From contig OX597838.1 of NCBI GenBank assembly GCA_951406725.2, positions 41,664,001-41,728,000 on the forward strand: a stretch of 64,000 nucleotides of DNA, given 5' to 3'. Source of the stretch: Octopus vulgaris (lineage: Eukaryota). Under the pieces are notes generated by a model that saw nothing but the letters and a program-made list of their open reading frames with translations, was not told the DNA's origin and did no database searches. The translations under genes were made by a program, and so were the position numbers. This document shows, in pieces, positions 1-64,000 of this stretch (the first letter of the stretch is position 1; each line of letters opens with the position of its first letter).

Positions 1-68
1 GACCAATAAACACCCTCTTCACCAAGCGAGCTTGGTGGGGTTGCCAGTGTAGTCGCCGACGACCCAAC

Positions 69-219
69 CATACATACATACACGCATACATGCACGCATA
101 CATATATGCATACATACATGCATACATACATACATACATACATACATACATACATACATACATACATACATACATACATGCATACACACACACACACACA
201 TACATACATACATACATAC
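69..219. repeat. (TACA)n/(CA)n microsatellite
   Basis: Directly visible. Confidence 0.95.
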
Positions 220-1516
220 ATGGCTTCATCAAGAACATCTCTACCTCTTTGCCCATTTGAAGGATACTTGAGCTTCCACAACCTCCTTTTTCATATTGAC
301 TTGTATCTTTGAATCCTTCTGGTTCTAAGCCTGAAGTTGCTAACCATTAACCTCAGGCCCCTTTCAGTTTCCATCTACCAAATCTCTCCAGAAGGTTTTG
401 ATTGGCACAGTGGGACTGAACCCAAGACCACATGTTTGGGAAGCAAACTTCTTAACCACACAGCCACACCCATGTCAGCCATGCCCATGGTGATAAGTAT
501 TTGTTTAGAAAATTCAATATTTTAACAATTTGGAATGTTAAAAAGAAAATAATCCAACTAACTCTCAAATTACAGATAATCTTCCTAAATCCCTGACTGT
601 CTTACAACAGTGATGTGGAGATCAGCAGATGATCTCAGCTGCATTAGGTGTATGGTGCCTGTATTAGTGACCGGTGGCTAAATAAGCTTTGCTATGGTGT
701 TTACATTGTGCTAACCACCATCTAACCATCTGAGGTCCAGAGACTGATGGACAAAGTCTGTTGAATCTCTTGTTTCATCTGGAGATCAGCACCAAGAAAG
801 TGAAGGGGATGGCAGCCACCAGGGAACCAAAGCAACACACTTTAAAGGGATCATATTACTCCTTATTGGCAAAGTCAAGTACCTGGGCTCTATTGTTGAC
901 CAAACTGGACTTTAGGTAGGAAATCAGAGCAATTCTTCAGAGAGAGTGACAGAGAGAGAGAGAGAGATCAGGTCTACGGTTGCTCAGTACAATATGGAGT
1001 GACTGATGCCCTCAGGAAAAGCATCGAAATTTGCAAAGAACCTAGTTTGACCATTTGGATTGCATGGGTGAGGTATTTGGACCCTAAGGATGGTTGACAA
1101 CAAGACTGAGGGTGTTTGAGATGGTGAGAGATGTGGATCAGTTGGACGGCCCATTGAATAAATGGCTCAGCACACACACACTCATATGTGTGTGTGTATG
1201 TGCCAATATACACATGCTATATACATACACTCATATATACAAAAATGGCTATATATGTAAGTATATATATATATATACACACACCTATATATGTATGTGT
1301 GTGTACATACATGCACACACACACATACATATGTACACACATACATACACACACATACACACATACATACATACATACTTACATACACACAAATACATAC
1401 ATACATACTTACATACATACATACACACACATACATACATACACACACATACATACATACACACACATACATACATACATACTTACATACATACACACAC
1501 ATACACTTACTTTCTA

Positions 1517-2590
1517 ACAGGCTCGTTTTTGCATCTTCTTTTTTGCAAAAAGTTGTCTAATGCCTGCAAATTGTGATAGTCAGTTGGTGCAAGGTCTGAG
1601 GAATATGGTGGATGACAGAGGACTTCCAAGTACAGTTCCTGTAACTTGAGTAGCATTCTTTGTGCAACATGTGGTCAAGCATTGTCGTGCAAGAGAATTG
1701 GCCTGCCTCTATGGACCAATCTCGGTTGTTTAATTGCAAGTTCACTCATCATTTCATCCAATTGGTTGATGTATTTGCTGTAATTGACTTGCCAGGTCTC
1801 AAGAAGCTGCAGTGGATGACATCAGTGCTGGACCACCAAACAGACACCTTTAGCTTTTTTTAGTGAACATTCTTTTCTGGATTGTGTTTGGGCACTTTGT
1901 CTCTATCCAACCACCGTGCAGAACGCTTGCTATTGTTGAAAAGAATCAGTTTTTCATCACACGTAACAATATGCAAAAATGGCTTGCTTTTATGCCATGA
2001 CAGCAAAGAACAGCAAGTTTCAAGATGACGTGTCATTTGATGTTCATTCAGTTCGTCTGGTACCCACCTGTCCAGCTTCTTTGCTTTGCCGATTTGTTTC
2101 AGATGGTTCAATACAGCTGGAATTGGAACATCAAACCTTGTCGCTAACTCATGCATAGTTTGAGATGTTTCTGCTTCCACTTCAGCTTTCAGCTCATCAT
2201 TATGCACCTTGGTCTACCACAGGACTGATTTTCAAGAGTATATTCACCAGACCAGAACTTCTCAGACCATCAACGTACAATGAGCTCATTTGCCACATCT
2301 TCACCAAACACCTCGTTGATGTTTCGAGCTGTCTGTGATGCATTGGTTCCATGATGGAACAAATATTCATAAACAACACAAGTTTTTTTTATCTATCTAT
2401 GAATTCACAAAAATTGATTTACAAGCGAAAACTCACAATATAATCAGACACTATGAATTGCATTTTGAAGAGTGATGATGTAACTCTTCAATGTTGTAAA
2501 ACAAAGAACTGTCAGGATAAAATATTACAGTTAACAACCGTCAAACTTGGTGCATAAGAAAATCGGACATTTCATTCTTAAGGACCTGAT
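1517..2590 (-). mobile_element. Decayed mariner (DD34D) transposase
   Basis: ORF 1860..2207 has WVPDEL and IVTCDEK. Frameshifted LLHDNA near 1680-1695 and HPPYSSDLAPTDY near 1575-1612. Confidence 0.9.
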
Positions 2591-2909
2591 GCTTCCTTCT
2601 CCTTAAAGAGGAGAACAAAAGTTGATTATGGTAAACATTAAAAACTGTAATATTCTGGCCATGTTATCAGGGCCCAGAATTTCAGCCTTCATCCTCAGGG
2701 ACTGGATAAATAGAAAATGGGTTGAAGGGTGTCAAAGGTTAAGATGAAGTGAAAGTGTAAAGAGGTAGATGGGGAGGTCCTTGACATAGCATATAGCTGC
2801 TGCACTGGATCACCATGTATGAGGGCCCACGAGGATAAGAATTATTATTCATTTCTCTATTCCAACATCATAAAATATTCTGACAGCAATGAAACATAGG
2901 AGATTCTAC

Positions 2910-3260
2910 CATCATCATCATCATTTTTTAACGTCCGCTCTCCATGCTAGCATGGGTTGGACGGTTCAACTGGGGTCTGGGAAGCCAGAAGGCTGCACCA
3001 GGCCCAGTCTGATCTGGCAGTGTTTCTACAGCTGGTTGCCCTTCCTAACGCCAACCACTCCATGAGTGTAGTAGATGCTTTTTACGTGCCAGACAAGGCT
3101 GGCAAACGGCCACGATCGGATGGTGCTTTTTACATGCCACCGGCACGGAGGCCAGTCAGGGTGGCGCTGGCAACGTTCAGGTGGTTCTCTTATGTGCCAC
3201 CGGCACTGGTATCACAGCTACAATTTCCATTGATGTTGATCGATTTTGATTTTGATTTTC
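2910..3260 (-). mobile_element. Interspersed repeat family 3 (SINE-like, (GAT)n tail, GGTTGGCGTTAGGAAGGGCATCCAGC core)
   Basis: Near-identical copies at 39488-39822 and 45145-45470. Partial copies near 10430-10735, 27390-27510, 29230-29850 and 59275-59422. Confidence 0.85.
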
Positions 3261-3670
3261 TACCATGATCAAGAAATAGTTAAACTCCAATCTGACAGGA
3301 ATATAAATTCAATTATAGAAATATAATTAGAGAAGTTCTGAAATGACCATTTGCTATTAAACATCCAGGGCCCCGCATTTGATCATCTTGTCTTTACTTT
3401 CCTGTAAAAGAGGGGCCCATTCTGTGGCAAGGATTTGGACAAGGTCTGCAATTTGTGGATGATTTTTTCTCTGTTTATGCCACAAATGTCATATGACCTA
3501 GAAGGGATCATGGGGAGGGCTTCCAATAGAAATATTGCAATGCAAAAATAAAAACTGATTTAAGCTCATCCTGGGTAGCAAAAACTATTGACCATAGCCT
3601 GTGAGTTGTCCACCTAATATTCATGGCTATACACTCATATTGCTAATTTTTGTTGTACATCTATCACAAT

Positions 3671-3842
3671 AGGCGCAGGAGTGGCTGTGTGGTAAGTAGC
3701 TTGCTAACCAACCACATGGTTGTGGGTTCAGTCCCACTGCGTGGCATCTTGGGCAAGTGTCTTCTGCTATAGCCCCGGGCCGACCAATGCCTTGTGAGTG
3801 GATTTGGTAGATGGAAACTGAAAGAAGCCTGTCGTATATATG

Positions 3843-3875
<33 letters not shown>

Positions 3876-4088
3876 TTGTGTGTCTGTGTTTGTCCCCCTA
3901 GCATTGCTTGACAACCGATGCTGGTGTGTTTACGTCCCCGTCACTTAGCGGTTCGGCAAAAGAGACTGATTGAATAAGTACTGGGCTTACAAAAAGAATA
4001 AGTCCCGGGGTCGATTTGATCGACTAAAGGCGGTGCTCCAGCATGGCCGCAGTCAAATGACTGAAACAAGTAAGAGAGTAAAGAGTAA
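3671..4088 (+). mobile_element. tRNA-derived SINE family 1, full length
   Basis: A-box-like TGGCTGTGTGG, B-box-like GGTTCAGTCCC, internal (TA)/(TG) tract and (TAAAAGAG)n-type tail. Many copies in the window. Confidence 0.9.
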
Positions 4089-4839
4089 TTCAGAATCTGT
4101 TGAGTTCCTGGTATCCTAGCAGATATCTAACTGCATCTTTGTACCCCTTTTATAAGTGGCCGAATTCTGGTACAGCTTGAACACTGAAGACCAGTGTATG
4201 AGAAAATTACAAGCAATCCATCGTTTACGTTTGCCAAAGCCAATTAGACAAATTCTTGGATCAAAAATTGATTGTGTTTGTTTATGGCTATAAACACTGC
4301 TCTTTTTTTTTCTGGTTATTTTTCAAATTACCATTCTTAAATGTAATTCTTTTGTTAATTAATTATTTTTTATTTTAGTTTGTAACGTCAAATCATTTAA
4401 GACACGAACTTTATAAACATTTAAAGAAATTTATCTTTAAGAAAAAAAAAATATCAAAATGGGAAGAGAAAATTCAGACAGGTATTGTAAAATAATATTT
4501 TTATTAAATGTTATATTTATTTTTTCACTAATAAATGGAAAAGAAATTTGCTTTGTCTGAAAGAGAGAAGGACACAACATGCATGTATGTGCGTCTTTCT
4601 GTCTGTTTTCTCCACCGCCCTTTGGCAACCGGTGTTGGTTTATTTACGTTCCCATAACTTAGAGGTTCAGCAAAAGAGACCTATAAAATAAGTACCAAAT
4701 CGTTTTTTTAAATGTATTGAGATCGACTCAATCCTTCAAGGTGATGCTCCTACTTGGCCGCAATCCAGGAATTGAAATAAGTAAGAGATAAAAAAAAAAA
4801 AAAAATTTTTTTAATAAAAAAAATTTAAACTAAAACATA

Positions 4840-5202
4840 AAAATAGGGAAAAAGCCTTTGAGGCAAAGAAGTTGTCGTCTGGTAAAGTGAAGCGAGTGGT
4901 CGCCGCCTCTGCAGTGAAACCGAACGACAAGAGTCATTGATTGCGTTCAACGACAGAGGCTCGGAGTAAACATGGCGCCTGCCAAACTCTGAGGAATCAC
5001 TTCTGGCGAAGACAAACGGGAAAATATCGAATTTGTACATATTCCACCACTTTTTAAAATTTTATTTTACACCTTTCTATTTGTTTTGCTATAATGGCAC
5101 AGGACATAAACTTGTTGTTTCTAAAATACAAGCTCAGGAGGCTGTAAGCCAACACCAACCATTCACACTATTGTTGTTATTATTATTATTATTATTACCA
5201 AA
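4840..5202 (+). promoter_or_regulatory. Probable AKAP10 promoter/5' UTR
   Basis: Non-repetitive, locally CpG-rich segment just upstream of the ATG, with a YY1-like AAACATGGCGCC at 4968-4979. Confidence 0.5.
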
Positions 5203-63437
<58,235 letters not shown>

Positions 63438-63671
63438 CCCTTACAAATATGAGATGAGGTAAGTTGGATGAGGGGCAGGTATCAGAAATTGTTTGACAAC
63501 TGATAGATAGACTGTTACTGTAGGATTGTTTAATGATGTTGTTGTTGCTGTTGTTGTGGCAGCCAATTGTTAGTGTGTTGGATGAAATGTTTTGCAGTAT
63601 TTCTTCTGGTTCTCTGCATTCTGAGTTCAAATCTTGCTGAGGTCAACTTTGCCTTTCATCCCTCCAGGGTC

Positions 63672-63879
63672 AATAAAGTTAAGTACCAGTCATGTACTTG
63701 GGTGAATGGTTGAAATGTATTGACCTAACCCTTTCCTTCATCGGCCAACCCCTGCCCCTCAAAATTACTGGGCTTTTGTTAAAATTAAAAAACATTATTT
63801 TAATTAAATGACACCTCAAAGTGATAAACGTCTATGCATGAAAGATTGATGGAAAGGACCAAAAACAGTTGTGAATAAA
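63672..63879 (+). terminator. Candidate polyadenylation signals
   Basis: AATAAA at 63672 (inside a SINE) and at 63874, downstream of the stop. The true 3' end may lie outside the window. Confidence 0.3.
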
Positions 63880-64000
63880 CCCCCATCATCAGCCAACTTT
63901 TATCCAGTGTCATCAGGATTTTGGTACTCAGGAATAGTTGGTGTGTGTATACGTGTCTATTTACTCTTTTACTCTTTTACTTGTTTCAGTCATTTGACTG

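Noticed and set aside
3671-3745. SINE heads as functional tRNA genes
   Set aside because: They continue into a shared SINE body and tail in many copies and lack a proper cloverleaf.
4825-5040. Possible divergent gene sharing the AKAP10 promoter
   Set aside because: Non-ATG ORF with no recognisable homology, and no supporting minus-strand exons in 1-4800.

Overview
Eukaryotic, AT-rich, repeat-dense animal DNA. The SINE families and microsatellite load point to a coleoid cephalopod, most likely Octopus; this is inferred, not proven. The window holds one complete protein-coding gene on the + strand, AKAP10 (D-AKAP2). I reconstructed it by hand as 14 GT-AG exons from 5203 to 63437. Splice phases are consistent throughout, giving a 2289-nt CDS and a 762-aa protein with two RGS domains and a C-terminal PKA-R-binding helix. 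Intron 1 is 33.5 kb. The rest is at least four SINE-like families, fragments of mariner, maT (DD37D), RTE and R4/Dong elements, piggyBac/hAT/mariner MITEs, two Helitrons, a tRNA-Asp pseudogene, a 2.4-kb minisatellite and many microsatellites. Almost all supplied ORFs are repeat artefacts. Main leads, all hypotheses: (1) a frame-preserving 9-nt microexon whose two splice sites lie inside a 54-nt hairpin; (2) conserved RGS residues that are one A-to-G change from consensus, so possible restorative A-to-I recoding; (3) an inverted repeat pair bracketing exons 3-6 (circRNA/ADAR); (4) an intronic RFX X-box cluster upstream of the PKA-anchoring exons; (5) two Helitrons with shared ends but different cargo.
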